A DNA stretch of 64,000 bases from Promethearchaeota archaeon (GCA_004524535.1 SDNY01000001.1:1-64000); one strand, 5' to 3'. Counted from the stretch's first letter, positions 48,640 to 59,696 are shown. Notes: generated from the letters alone by a model not told the origin. Translations and numbers: made by a program.

Positions 48640-49389
48640 ATGATTAAACCTAAAATATCGGTAATAATTCCAACATACAACGAGGAGAATAATATAAAAG
48701 AGACCTTATTAGCCGTTAAAAAACAATTATGTGATTTTCCATATGAGATTATAGTCACCGATGGACAAAGCTCAGATAAAACAGTTTCTATAGCACAAAA
48801 TTTTGCAAAAGTAATTATATCACCCCAAAAAGGTAAGGCATTTCAATTAAATTATGCAACACCAAAAACATCAGGTGACTTACTACTTTTTTTAGATGCA
48901 GATACATTTATAGGACCCTTTTTTTTACAAAGAATTTACCGAATTTTTGAGAAACACAAAAATCTTTTTGCTTGTAGTGCTAGATTTAAATATTACGATG
49001 GAATTGCTCTTGCTTTTAAATTAGGTTCCAAGAGGTTCACCATTACGAATTATTTTTTTCTTAATATCAATATGCACTTATACTATTTTTTTAAAACCTT
49101 ATTTGGATATCCTGAACTTTCAGGATCTAATATAATTGTGAGAAGAGATATCTTCTTTAAAGCGGGAGGATTTAAACAAACGCCAAGTTCATTGGGGATC
49201 GATAAAGTTTTTTCAGATTCTTTATTATATCTAATTAAAAAAATGAAAGCAGGAAAAGTTAGAACACTTAATTTTGTTTCAGTATTGACAAGCGGAAGAC
49301 ATTTAAATGTTCGTCGTAGTTTTAAACGTATTAGTCAATATCATTCAAAAAAAGATATTTATTATAAATTAGCAAAAGAAATAGGATAA
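48640..49389 (+). CDS. GT2 glycosyltransferase
   Basis: SVIIPTYNEE, DGQSSDKT, FLDAD. Confidence 0.9.
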   Translation: MIKPKISVIIPTYNEENNIKETLLAVKKQLCDFPYEIIVTDGQSSDKTVSIAQNFAKVIISPQKGKAFQLNYATPKTSGDLLLFLDADTFIGPFFLQRIYRIFEKHKNLFACSARFKYYDGIALAFKLGSKRFTITNYFFLNINMHLYYFFKTLFGYPELSGSNIIVRRDIFFKAGGFKQTPSSLGIDKVFSDSLLYLIKKMKAGKVRTLNFVSVLTSGRHLNVRRSFKRISQYHSKKDIYYKLAKEIG

Positions 49390-49432
49390 AATTATTAAAA
49401 GACCTTTTATCTTGATTATATTCTTATCATTT

Positions 49433-50623
49433 CTATAATTTAAATGCACTTGAATTAAATAAAGAACTGCAACCTTTTCCAATTGAGGGGGTTAATCGTC
49501 CCATTATTCTAAAAATAGCACCTTCTCTACCGCATTCGGGACATTTATCCCAGTTTTCTACTTGAGCAAGATCATCTAATAATACAGCTACACCGGCATA
49601 ATTATCTACTCCATAGGGTGTTATTAGTTCTAAAATTCCAGTCTCTCCTGTCTTTCTTATTGACTCTAAAGTATCTTTATCACGGATTACAATTCTACCT
49701 TTGTTTTTGTCAACATGGAGTATAAAATCGTTATATTTTTTTGACCAATGACCTCCACATGCTAATGGACTTTCAGTAGCAGCAAAATTATCACAGAATT
49801 TGTCCGGCGTAATATTGAACATATCACACATTTTTTCAATAAATTCTGGTTTTTCAACCTGATATCCAATTATAACTCGACCTTTGGTTCCATCCCAACC
49901 TCCACCTCCAGTAATAATATTAAAATGACCACTCATATCGAAGGTTCTTTTTTCTTTTTCATAATAATCACTTAAGACTCTATGCATCCATATCGGAGAA
50001 TTGGCCATAATTGTTGGAATTTTATTCTTCTCTACCCGATTGAGTTCTTTTTTTAAATCTTTACCACTAATCCCAATAGCAGCTCTCATTTTACCTGTTT
50101 TAAAAAAATTCTTGAGTGTATGACCCAAAAAGAATTGTAATAAAAAGCTAACATGCTTTCCCTCCCATATATCAACAACAGCCTTATACAAAAGATATGC
50201 GTTCTTTTCATAGAATTTGTGTCTTATTGAGTTAATCATATATAATTTTGGGGCAAACAGAATTAAATTGTTGATTTTGTCTTTGATTGAAAATGAATTA
50301 AAAACATCATTATAATTTGTTTTTAAAACTTCAAGATCGCTTTCAAGTCTACCAACAACACTAGGATCTCCTGAAGTTGAGGAAGATTCCAACCAAAAGT
50401 CCAATTTTTCGAAAGTGTTCCCTCGTAATAATTCTTTAAATTTGTCATTAGATTTTTTGAAATACACCCACGGTATATATGGTATTTCACCAAGATTAGA
50501 TTCATTTAAAATCGTATTGAAATCATATTCAACTTCATTACAACGGTCCTTATATATCTTACAATCCTTTGCAGTTTCCTTTACAATATTTGATAAATCT
50601 TCATAAAATCCGTTTGAACTCAT
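49433..50623 (-). CDS. LuxE-like acyl-protein synthetase (second copy)
   Basis: IPYIP..YFK, SSSTSGDPS, TGGGGWDG, GILELITPY, DL...MGR...KGCS. Confidence 0.75.
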   Translation of the reverse strand: MSSNGFYEDLSNIVKETAKDCKIYKDRCNEVEYDFNTILNESNLGEIPYIPWVYFKKSNDKFKELLRGNTFEKLDFWLESSSTSGDPSVVGRLESDLEVLKTNYNDVFNSFSIKDKINNLILFAPKLYMINSIRHKFYEKNAYLLYKAVVDIWEGKHVSFLLQFFLGHTLKNFFKTGKMRAAIGISGKDLKKELNRVEKNKIPTIMANSPIWMHRVLSDYYEKEKRTFDMSGHFNIITGGGGWDGTKGRVIIGYQVEKPEFIEKMCDMFNITPDKFCDNFAATESPLACGGHWSKKYNDFILHVDKNKGRIVIRDKDTLESIRKTGETGILELITPYGVDNYAGVAVLLDDLAQVENWDKCPECGREGAIFRIMGRLTPSIGKGCSSLFNSSAFKL

Positions 50624-50726
50624 TGAAATACCTCTTTTAATACAAAAATATACTTTATTAAGTGTATTTGTTATTTAATTTTTTGCTTGTTCTTAAATAA
50701 AATGTAGATTTTCTGAACTCACCATA

Positions 50727-51446
50727 TTAAACCTTGCTATGAATCCAGTCTAATATTTCTTCAACTTGCTTTCCCTCGAAACTATGTCCTCCATCTTTAA
50801 TGAGTAAGTATCGATCCTTACTTAAATTGTATTTTTCTATTAATTTTTTTCCAGTTTTTTCGAATGGTACGTATACGTCCTTCATTCCATGAATAATGAA
50901 TACCTTTTTTATGATCTCGTCATTTAAATGATATTTAGGCATGAGAAGTGTTTTTCCCTTCGTGACAAACCCTATAAATTTTTTGAACCAATAAGGTGCA
51001 CTTAATTGTTCCTTAATTTTGCCTAAAATCCCTTTCCCTATTGATACTAAAGATTGGTTTTGTTTCTTTTTTCCTTCTTCCTCCAAAAAATCTTCAATTG
51101 AATACAATGAAGACATGGCAAAAACTAAATCAACTTTTGGATTTTGTATTCCAATTGTTAAGGATGCTACGGCACCCATACTATGACCAATTAAGATTAC
51201 CCGATCTGGCCCTTTGTCTCTCTCCTCCATTTTGCTGATTGCTACATCAATTACATATTGAATATCACGGATTTGACTTTCAAGGTCTAATTGTGAACCT
51301 TTACTTTTACCAATCCCTCTCAGATCATAAGAAAATGTCGAATATCCGTATTTTTCCTCTAACGGCTCACAATATTTTTCCGCATCGACAGTGTTGCCCC
51401 TTGATCCTGGAGCATAAATAATTAAATCTCTACCACAACCTGCCAT
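50727..51446 (-). CDS. Alpha/beta hydrolase (true start may be a few codons upstream)
   Basis: DLRGIGKS, GHSMG nucleophile elbow, IHG.KD..VP, GGHSF. Confidence 0.88.
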   Translation of the reverse strand: MAGCGRDLIIYAPGSRGNTVDAEKYCEPLEEKYGYSTFSYDLRGIGKSKGSQLDLESQIRDIQYVIDVAISKMEERDKGPDRVILIGHSMGAVASLTIGIQNPKVDLVFAMSSLYSIEDFLEEEGKKKQNQSLVSIGKGILGKIKEQLSAPYWFKKFIGFVTKGKTLLMPKYHLNDEIIKKVFIIHGMKDVYVPFEKTGKKLIEKYNLSKDRYLLIKDGGHSFEGKQVEEILDWIHSKV

Positions 51447-51678
51447 CCGACCATGTAATAGGGTTCCATCTTTAGTTTTAAAAAAAATGTTATTTTCACC
51501 TAAATTCTTTCAATTCTATAAATTTTTAAAACTTTCTGATTTTTCAGCACTTTCAATTTATAGTGTTACACTTATTAATGATTTAGTCAAGATTAAAAAA
51601 TTATTTAAGATTCCAAAAAAGAATGCATAATATCATTACATAAAAAATACTTTAAATACGAATAAGTTCATCAAAATA

Positions 51679-52716
51679 ATGAATGTAGCCATAGTTCGAG
51701 ATTGGATTTTTCAAATATTCAGATTTATCATAAAAAGCAAATTCTTAAATGAAAATCCTATAAAATACGATATTCTTCGGAAATTATTGTCCTACAGGAT
51801 TACTAAAACACCAATTTCAATAATGGTGGAACCTATATGCCAATGCAATTTGAAATGTCCATTATGTACGACGCCCCATAAATATATGACAAGAGAAAAA
51901 GGGATGATGAGAATGGAAACATTTCAAAAATTACTTGATGATACATACAGATTTGTGTTGCATTATGATTTTGATTTTGCAGGAGAGCCATTTCTTCATC
52001 CTCAACTTTTCAAAATGGTTCGACTCGCTTCGGATCGAGGGGTCTTCACAATTGTTGATTCAAATGGGACTCTAATTAATGATAGAAGAATTAATGAAAT
52101 ATTAGATTCGCGTCTAAATGTGCTTGCTGTAAACATTGATAATGCTAATCAAAGAACTTTCGAAGAATTTCGATTAGGAGCAGATTTCAATAAAACCATA
52201 GAACAGATTAAAAGATTATGTGAGAGAAAAAAAGAAGAGAAATTAACTTTTCCATTCATAATTGCAGAGATTATTGTTAGCCGAGAAAATGAAAGAGAAC
52301 TTCAAATTATTAATAATTTGGCCTTGAATGAGATTGGAGTTGATGCTGTGTTCTATAAAAGCATCTGCTTTCCACTACATTCAGATGGTTTTAGAAGAGA
52401 TAATCCCGTTCAAGAGTTGGTAGATAAATATCTTCCGATAATAGAAAAAGTAAAAAAACGTTATAATATTGTCAATGGGGAATTAAAACTCAAAAATCCA
52501 ACGTTTGAATGTAATTGGCGGAAAAAATCTCTAGTCTTATGGGATGGAAGAGTTTCAGTATGTTGTTACGATTATGATGGACAATATACTTTTGGAAACG
52601 TGAATGAAGACCACTTTCTTGATATTTGGAATTCCCCTAAATATCGATATTACCGAGAAAAACTAATTTATAATAAAAAGCTTGCACTATGTAGAAGGTG
52701 TGCTTATAGCTTTTAA
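51679..52716 (+). CDS. Radical SAM/SPASM(Twitch) protein
   Basis: CNLKCPLC, GEPFLHP; C...WDGRVSVCCYD...GN...CRRC. Confidence 0.88.
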   Translation: MNVAIVRDWIFQIFRFIIKSKFLNENPIKYDILRKLLSYRITKTPISIMVEPICQCNLKCPLCTTPHKYMTREKGMMRMETFQKLLDDTYRFVLHYDFDFAGEPFLHPQLFKMVRLASDRGVFTIVDSNGTLINDRRINEILDSRLNVLAVNIDNANQRTFEEFRLGADFNKTIEQIKRLCERKKEEKLTFPFIIAEIIVSRENERELQIINNLALNEIGVDAVFYKSICFPLHSDGFRRDNPVQELVDKYLPIIEKVKKRYNIVNGELKLKNPTFECNWRKKSLVLWDGRVSVCCYDYDGQYTFGNVNEDHFLDIWNSPKYRYYREKLIYNKKLALCRRCAYSF

Positions 52717-52728
52717 ATAGGCTCTCAA

Positions 52729-54594
52729 TTAAATTTCCCATGTTTTAAAAAAGTTTGATATTGTATCACATGATAATTTTTGTGTATTATCGAGTTTTAC
52801 TAATCCAAAACCTTTTTCTATATGGTCACTCCATTCATGAATAATCAAACCATTAACAAAAATATCTTTTTTCAACAATTTAAAAACTTCAGCGAATCCG
52901 TTCGCTTGTGCTGATTCATCATATTTAAAACTGTTAAAATCTTCATGATATTGCACTGGCATTGGCCCCACTCGAATCGTATTTGAGACCGTTTGAAATC
53001 CCAATTCGGAGATGATTACAGGTTTTTTAAAAGTCTTAAGATATTGAATGGTTTGTTTAAACGGTAAAGCTGCGCGGCTTGCGGGACTACCTTTTAATAC
53101 TTTAAGTATTAGCTTTGGGACATCTTGAATAAACTCTACAAATAAATCACTGAAATAAAGGTTGCAACAAATAACATCAAAATGCTTCCAAGGAACATGG
53201 CGAACTTCCCATGAGCCAGAAGCATATGAAACCATTCCACTAAAGTGATCCCTCACTTTTTTAGATAATTTTTCTAAATATCCTTTGATTCTATGTTCTT
53301 CTTTTCCAATTTTGCTCAATTTGGCAAGACGGGAGGTGCCTATGCCCGGAATCATTTCTAAAAATGATGGTGTAAATTGCCTAAAAAAGTCCTGATTAAA
53401 TCGTTCTATATGACCTGATTTATCATCACTCAATTCTAAAGTGAGTTCATTTCCAATGCAAAAGATATCGACATCCGCCGTTTGCGCTCTCTGTGAATGA
53501 TCCAAGCAAAAATCTTCGAATTCTTCAAATGTAAGTGAATGATCTAGCTTGGGTTTGTCAATTCCTTCAGGATAGACATATTTTGGATTTAATATGACAT
53601 TAAGACCGAGTTCTTTTGCTACAGACGCAAACTCATATGATTGGGTTTTTGGCCCCATAGCATCAAGTCTAATAGTGTTAATGTTCATTGTTTGGATTAA
53701 CTTTTGGAGTTCAGATTTAAATTCATATGGTGTTTTTGGATTCCACCCCAAAGATTCGTGCTGAAAATGTATTCCTTTAAAGAGCCCATAAATACCCGCA
53801 AACGCATTAATCCTTTTTAATCCCTTTTTAAATAAGATATCAAAAAATCCTGGGAGCATATGAAAAGGTCTGGCACTCCAACCCATTAATTCTAAAATAG
53901 TGATCTTTTTCTGCTTCATTGCTCCTAATACTTCATCAATATCATGAACATCGTCAATATCAGGACCAATTAAATTGAAATATCGACCGATTTGATAAAC
54001 GCTATGAGCATCATCTGCTCCTAAAACGAACATTTGTGGTCTCAGTTTTATAAGGGCAGAACACATATTGTTAAGGAAGGGGGGTAAGTCAGCATGAAAA
54101 ACTTCGATTCCATCAAAGTTTAAATTCTTTATTTGCGCTTTTTTCAATCCCCCGAAGGTTCTGAAAATTCCTTCTCCTGGGTGGAATGGGTGGGCAATAA
54201 CTGATACTCCACCTTGATCGTGAATAATCTCATTAATTTGTGTGATTGGGAGTTTTTCTCCCTCCTTGACTTTAATTTCAGATTGTAGTCCATATGCAAG
54301 TATATCACCATGTTGACTGTCAACTTCTTCACTAATTATATAGCCACACTCGGGATATTTCTCTTGAATATAAGATTTTGCATGATTCGCTACTCGAATA
54401 TTGTTATGATCCGTTAATGCTATAAGATTTACACCTACTTTAACAAGGGCATCAATTACATTGCGGTAGTCATCACCATCTGAAAAATTAGTATGATTAT
54501 GTGATGCAAAAACGATATATCCCTCGTTTTTAAAGTGTTCCAGCTCTTTTTTAGAAACCCTCTTAACTTCAGGTAATATATTTTCAGAATCCAA
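52729..54594 (-). CDS. PHP-domain metallohydrolase fused to a clan GH-A-like TIM-barrel glycoside hydrolase domain
   Basis: HNHTNFSDG, LTDHN, AHP, DDAH; second half CIGNEL...VSYAS...IISELG. Confidence 0.7.
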   Translation of the reverse strand: MDSENILPEVKRVSKKELEHFKNEGYIVFASHNHTNFSDGDDYRNVIDALVKVGVNLIALTDHNNIRVANHAKSYIQEKYPECGYIISEEVDSQHGDILAYGLQSEIKVKEGEKLPITQINEIIHDQGGVSVIAHPFHPGEGIFRTFGGLKKAQIKNLNFDGIEVFHADLPPFLNNMCSALIKLRPQMFVLGADDAHSVYQIGRYFNLIGPDIDDVHDIDEVLGAMKQKKITILELMGWSARPFHMLPGFFDILFKKGLKRINAFAGIYGLFKGIHFQHESLGWNPKTPYEFKSELQKLIQTMNINTIRLDAMGPKTQSYEFASVAKELGLNVILNPKYVYPEGIDKPKLDHSLTFEEFEDFCLDHSQRAQTADVDIFCIGNELTLELSDDKSGHIERFNQDFFRQFTPSFLEMIPGIGTSRLAKLSKIGKEEHRIKGYLEKLSKKVRDHFSGMVSYASGSWEVRHVPWKHFDVICCNLYFSDLFVEFIQDVPKLILKVLKGSPASRAALPFKQTIQYLKTFKKPVIISELGFQTVSNTIRVGPMPVQYHEDFNSFKYDESAQANGFAEVFKLLKKDIFVNGLIIHEWSDHIEKGFGLVKLDNTQKLSCDTISNFFKTWEI

Positions 54595-54733
54595 TTTTTA
54601 TCTAACCTTATATTGATTAAAATAGATCCATCTTTAGCTTGTATTTACACTAAACAAATTTATTTAGAGCTAATACATAGAAGCAAGATTTCTCATTAAA
54701 TTATTAGATTATATAATTAAAAGTGTGTTTTAA

Positions 54734-55558
54734 GTGATTCTTTTAATAAAACTTAATAAAAATGAAAATAGTTTAATTTATATCTTAAATACGGCTGCTA
54801 TAGTAATGAAGATTGCTCTGACTTTTGATATTGAAAGAGATATTCCCAACGTTTTAGATATGTATATCGGAGCAAAAGTTGGATTGTTGAAAATACTAGA
54901 AATATTAGAAAAATTCACAATTAAAGGGACTTTTTTTTGTACTGGAAATGTAGTTGAGAAAATACCTGAGTATATAAAATTAATAGAGCGAAAAGGTCAT
55001 GAAATTGCATGTCATAGCTTTAACCATGAAAGATTAAACCATTTAAATTTTAAAAAGTGTCAAGAAATAATTTATCAGAATAAAAAGATAATTGAGAGTA
55101 TCTGTCAAAAATCAAAAATTGTTGGTTTTCGAGCCCCTCATTTAAAACCTCCAAAATTTCTATTCAAAGTATTAAATAATTTAGGATTCAAATATGATTC
55201 TTCAATTAAAACCCCAAAGAAATTGATTTATTTCCAAAAAGAAAAATATCAAATTCAAGAATTTCATCCTTCAAATCTGAACATTCTTTTTAGATTACCT
55301 ATGGGTTCTTCTTTTTTAAGAAAATGGACATATCGAAATGAATTAGTTGTATTATGTTTTCATCCATGGGAAGCAATAGATGTAAAATCTTTATTTTTTA
55401 ATAATAAAAACTTATTGGATATCATTAAAAATATTATTTTTAGACCAGATCGGGTAGGAAATACAGGAGATGTGTTTATTAGCAGAATTGAAAACTTTAT
55501 AGAGGAATCTCTATCCAAAGAAGCCGAATTTGTTAGTTTAAACCAATTATTAATGTAA
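54734..55558 (+). CDS. Polysaccharide deacetylase (NodB-like); true start probably MKIALTFD near 54806
   Basis: LTFDIE, TFF, HEIACHSFNH, GFRAP, YDSS, HPWE. Confidence 0.88.
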   Translation: MILLIKLNKNENSLIYILNTAAIVMKIALTFDIERDIPNVLDMYIGAKVGLLKILEILEKFTIKGTFFCTGNVVEKIPEYIKLIERKGHEIACHSFNHERLNHLNFKKCQEIIYQNKKIIESICQKSKIVGFRAPHLKPPKFLFKVLNNLGFKYDSSIKTPKKLIYFQKEKYQIQEFHPSNLNILFRLPMGSSFLRKWTYRNELVVLCFHPWEAIDVKSLFFNNKNLLDIIKNIIFRPDRVGNTGDVFISRIENFIEESLSKEAEFVSLNQLLM

Positions 55559-55586
55559 AGAGTTTGATTAATTAATTTTAATTTTT

Positions 55587-57047
55587 TTAATCAGTAAATC
55601 TCCCAAAACCAGACATTTTAAGATGTCTAAACTGCATAATCGCTGTCATTGCTTTTTTCGTATGTACAAGAAAATTTAGAGCAAGTTTTCGTTTGTATGG
55701 GCTTAGTAGCATGCTAGGAAGAAATCTTATATTTCTGAACGATATATGTTGCCTATATGCTTGTCTTATCAAACCTAGTATGATATTTCTCTGTGATTCC
55801 GTGTGAGTTAAATCCATAACTCTTATAGAATTTTCCCAGTATTTATTTTCATCAATAAGCCCTTGTCCAACTAAGTCATCCCACATTGGGATTCCAGGCC
55901 AAGCCTCAACAACATTCAGAAAGAAAAAATCCAATCCTGAATTCAAAGCAAATCTAATAGTGTTTTGACACTCGGATATTTTTTCAGATGGAGCACCTAC
56001 CATAAATAAACCAATAACAAAATCAATTTTTGCCTTTTTTGCTATTTGAATAGCTCTAAGTGATTGGTTAGGTGATATCTTTTTATTATAATAATCTAGA
56101 ATTCTTTGGTTAGCACTCTCGATTCCAAAACTAACAGATTTACAACCAGAAAATGCCATTTGTTCAAAAAATTCCCTTGAAACATTATCTACTCTCATTT
56201 CAGCATGCCAATTAACATCTAGATTTTCTTTTCTTAATAATCTACAAAATTTTAACACATTCTTAAGATTCAACGAGAAATTATCATCTACAAATGCTAT
56301 CTCCGAATAACCTTGTGAAGCTAAATAAGAGAATTCCTCAACCAAACGCTCAGGAGACTTGGATCGGTATCTATTGTTTGAGAATTTAGCAACAGCGCAA
56401 TACGCACAACCATAAGGACAGCCTCGGGTAAAAAAAGTTGTGGCAAGTTTTGAGTCCATCAATTCTATACCAGCTAAATTCTGATGATATTGTATTTTAA
56501 GAAGTGAACGATCTGGAAAAGGTAAATCATCTAAATTTTTATTTACTGGACAATTTTGATTATGTTTAATTTTACCATTAACCCGATAACTTATCCCCAA
56601 TATATCAGTAGGTTCATGCTTGGGTTCATTTTCAAGAAAATTAATTAAATTAGATAAAATATATTCATTTTCCCCTTTTACACAGTAATCTACAATGTGA
56701 GAATACTTTTCTAAAATTTTGTCAGCACATATTGTTGGATGATAATGTCCTAAAATAATTTTAATATTTGGATTCCATCTTTTAACCATCTCAGATATTT
56801 TAATTGAAGATAAAAATCCAACAGTAAAGGCAGTAATTCCAATAACTTCGGGATCAAATCTTTTTATCCAATTTAAAAGGGCTTCAAAACTGAACCCATT
56901 AGATGCCTGATCCAATAATCTAACTATATGGCCTTGTTCTTTTAAAATTGTCCCTATTAATGTAATCCCTAATGGTGGCCATTTTTGTCCATAAAATTGT
57001 TCTTTTTCCTCTAAAATTGGACTAGGATTGATTAGAGCTACTCTCAA
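55587..57047 (-). CDS. B12-binding-domain radical SAM enzyme (paralog of the 41.7-46.2 kb trio)
   Basis: WPPLG, GHYHPT, TRGCPYGCAYC, DDNF, GIES. Confidence 0.9.
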   Translation of the reverse strand: MRVALINPSPILEEKEQFYGQKWPPLGITLIGTILKEQGHIVRLLDQASNGFSFEALLNWIKRFDPEVIGITAFTVGFLSSIKISEMVKRWNPNIKIILGHYHPTICADKILEKYSHIVDYCVKGENEYILSNLINFLENEPKHEPTDILGISYRVNGKIKHNQNCPVNKNLDDLPFPDRSLLKIQYHQNLAGIELMDSKLATTFFTRGCPYGCAYCAVAKFSNNRYRSKSPERLVEEFSYLASQGYSEIAFVDDNFSLNLKNVLKFCRLLRKENLDVNWHAEMRVDNVSREFFEQMAFSGCKSVSFGIESANQRILDYYNKKISPNQSLRAIQIAKKAKIDFVIGLFMVGAPSEKISECQNTIRFALNSGLDFFFLNVVEAWPGIPMWDDLVGQGLIDENKYWENSIRVMDLTHTESQRNIILGLIRQAYRQHISFRNIRFLPSMLLSPYKRKLALNFLVHTKKAMTAIMQFRHLKMSGFGRFTD

Positions 57048-57286
57048 GTTATTTAGTCTCTAGAATTAATTCTTTGTTAACATTGTATTTTAATATGATG
57101 TAAAGATATTAATAACTTTTTTTCCTTGATTTTAAATCATAATTAGAAATAAGTGATCAGATAATGAAAAAACTTTTAATATAAGTTCAATCAACAATAT
57201 ATATTGAATTATTTTAATAAATAATACAAAAATCCAATTATTAAGAAATCAAAAGGAGGAAGATTGAGTTAAGTGAATTATCATCA

Positions 57287-58183
57287 ATGATTAATAACGA
57301 AAAAGATAATATAAAATCTTTAATGATGCAAAAAAAGAAGGGGAAAGTTGTTAAACTTCTATTTAAACTTGCAGCAAATGTTAATGAAAACAATAAAATG
57401 GAATTCTACGATTTTTTCGGGGAATTGCTACATTATAATTGCGATTATTTTACGGATTATGCATATTATCCTGTGATCCCGAAACTTAAAAAATACTTCA
57501 TGGATAATCAATTATTAGAAATGGAGAAGTACCTAATAACTAAGTATGCCTTGAGTTCTAAAGAAAATATCTTAGCTGCCTCTAATGCTGTTGCACTTAT
57601 ACATGAGGACAAAGTCGTTGGACGTGTGTATTTAACTAATATGAGAATGATTGCTGTTGGTCCATTGATAGAGAAAAAGAAAAGTGCAATGTCAATGACT
57701 CATGGGATAATTTTTGCGGCTATTGCATCAGGTAGAGATGCAAGAAGGAAGCGTATTCGAGAAGCTTTACGGCAAAATATAGATGAGGAGGATATATTAT
57801 ATTTTGGTCATCAAATACCCATTAATGAAACAACTAGAATCAAAAATACTGGTGGTAAAATTGTATATGTAGCAAATCTTGAAATTGAGAAAAAGGGTAA
57901 GACGAGAATTAGAAGCTTCAAAATACAGGTTGTTCCAAAGCCAATGAAAAAAGAGCCCGGCAAAGTTTTTAAAAGTAGAAGATTGCAATTCTTAAACACA
58001 GTTGAAGAGACACTACATTATTTAGAAAAAGGTTTCCCTGCTCAAACTGGCGCACCTGTGAGTTCTTCTTCAACTATTACGCCTGATGCAAATAAAGGTT
58101 CATTTTGTCCATTTTGCGGTAAGGAAGTCAATAAAGATTTAAAAGTTTGTGAAAATTGTGGAAGTTCTATAGTAAAAGATTAA
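57287..58183 (+). CDS. Hypothetical protein with PH/GRAM-like segment and C-terminal zinc ribbon
   Basis: GRVYLTNMRMI; FCPFCG...CENCG. Confidence 0.6.
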   Translation: MINNEKDNIKSLMMQKKKGKVVKLLFKLAANVNENNKMEFYDFFGELLHYNCDYFTDYAYYPVIPKLKKYFMDNQLLEMEKYLITKYALSSKENILAASNAVALIHEDKVVGRVYLTNMRMIAVGPLIEKKKSAMSMTHGIIFAAIASGRDARRKRIREALRQNIDEEDILYFGHQIPINETTRIKNTGGKIVYVANLEIEKKGKTRIRSFKIQVVPKPMKKEPGKVFKSRRLQFLNTVEETLHYLEKGFPAQTGAPVSSSSTITPDANKGSFCPFCGKEVNKDLKVCENCGSSIVKD

Positions 58184-58247
58184 CCAATTTTCACAAAATA
58201 GAAAAAACCTTATATACTTTTTATAAAATCTTTTTTTTTTTTCATTT

Positions 58248-59696
58248 TCATTTTGAAATGATTTCACGTAAAAATGGATCGTATCCTATAGTATCTTTTC
58301 TGCTGATTGCTTTGTCAATTACTTTTCTAAAAATTTTAAAGAAAATATTTTCAAATCCCGCGCTAAAAACTTCCTTTTTCCATCTAAAATATGCAGGATG
58401 TCTAATCAATTTAAATATTGGCACGTTATTGGATTCAAAAACTTTCCTTCCAACGATTGCACTAGTAATTGAAATCATTTCAAGATAATTTTTATGTTTA
58501 ATATAGTCTGGAGCGCATTCTCTCCTAATTTTTGCCCAACTAAGAAGATTAGATGGGGGGGTAAATCCCATTTTTATAGCATGGTCGTAAACTGCTGTTT
58601 TAGGATAAGGAAAAAGAATCTTTATTGAAAATTCGCAATTAGGGCTAATTTCTTTAATTTTCTTGATGATAGCTATTGTTTTTCTTATATCATTTTTAGT
58701 TTCACCTGGTATACCAATCATCCAGCTATAATCGGCAATTATATCTAAATCCTGAGTAATTTTGGCGCTATTAATTATATCTTTTATAGAAATGTTTTTA
58801 TTCAAGATATTTAATACACGTTGAGAGCCTGATTCTGGTCCAAAATACATTTGACTACATCCATGTTCTCTTGCTTCTTTAGCTAATTTATAATTTACTT
58901 GATCAACACGCAAATCCGCTTTCCATTTAATATCATGCTCTTTAAAGTAATTAAAAAGTTCTTTTATTCGGTTTAAATTTGCAAAGAAATTATCGTCATA
59001 AAAAGTAAATTTCTCAGCACCAAAATCCAATATTTTATCAAATTCTTTAAAACACTTCTCAGAAGACCATCCTCTCCAAACATTATTAAAAAGAGCATTA
59101 TAGCAAAATGCACAGTTAAAAGGACAACCACGACTGGTAATTAGGTTGAAATTACCATTTTTTAAATATCGTATAGGATTTATTAAATGCCAAGGTACAC
59201 TCAATTCATTTACTTCAGAATTCTTTAAAATTGTATTGTCAGGATTATGAATAATTCTATTACCATTTTTTAGTGAAAGACCTTTTATTTGGGTTTTTTT
59301 TTTACCACTTACCAACTCATGATAAGATCTTTCACCTTCTCCTCGAATAACAAAATCTATTAAATTATTTCGCAGTGTTTGACCTGGAAGAATAGTCGAA
59401 TGAATGCCTCCCCATACTATTTTAATTTTAGGAAAGTCTTTCTTTATAGATTTACAAAATTTCAAAGCTTGAAAAATTTGTGGCCCTGTCATTACTGAAA
59501 CGCCAATGTATTCAGGTTCATTAATGGAAATAGTATCCTTTACTTGATTAAGTGAGTCAAATCGTAAATCGAAGATTTTTACATCTATATTTCGTTTAAT
59601 CAGATAATCAGTGATAAATAAAATAGAATAAGGAGGAGTAGGGATTTGAGTCTTAGCAAATTCAAGCTGTGGATAAATTAAAATTGTATGCTTCAT
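58248..59696 (-). CDS. B12-binding-domain radical SAM enzyme
   Basis: VSVMTGPQ, WGGIHST, RGEGE, SRGCPFNCAFC, DDNF, ESGS. Confidence 0.9.
   Translation of the reverse strand: MKHTILIYPQLEFAKTQIPTPPYSILFITDYLIKRNIDVKIFDLRFDSLNQVKDTISINEPEYIGVSVMTGPQIFQALKFCKSIKKDFPKIKIVWGGIHSTILPGQTLRNNLIDFVIRGEGERSYHELVSGKKKTQIKGLSLKNGNRIIHNPDNTILKNSEVNELSVPWHLINPIRYLKNGNFNLITSRGCPFNCAFCYNALFNNVWRGWSSEKCFKEFDKILDFGAEKFTFYDDNFFANLNRIKELFNYFKEHDIKWKADLRVDQVNYKLAKEAREHGCSQMYFGPESGSQRVLNILNKNISIKDIINSAKITQDLDIIADYSWMIGIPGETKNDIRKTIAIIKKIKEISPNCEFSIKILFPYPKTAVYDHAIKMGFTPPSNLLSWAKIRRECAPDYIKHKNYLEMISITSAIVGRKVFESNNVPIFKLIRHPAYFRWKKEVFSAGFENIFFKIFRKVIDKAISRKDTIGYDPFLREIISK

Noticed and set aside
40353-50623. Bioluminescence (lux) operon
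   Set aside because: No luxA/B/C/D present; only LuxE-like adenylating enzymes
41758-57047. Naming the B12-rSAMs bchE, hpnP or grsA/B
   Set aside because: Motifs are shared across the whole superfamily; specific orthology cannot be judged without phylogeny
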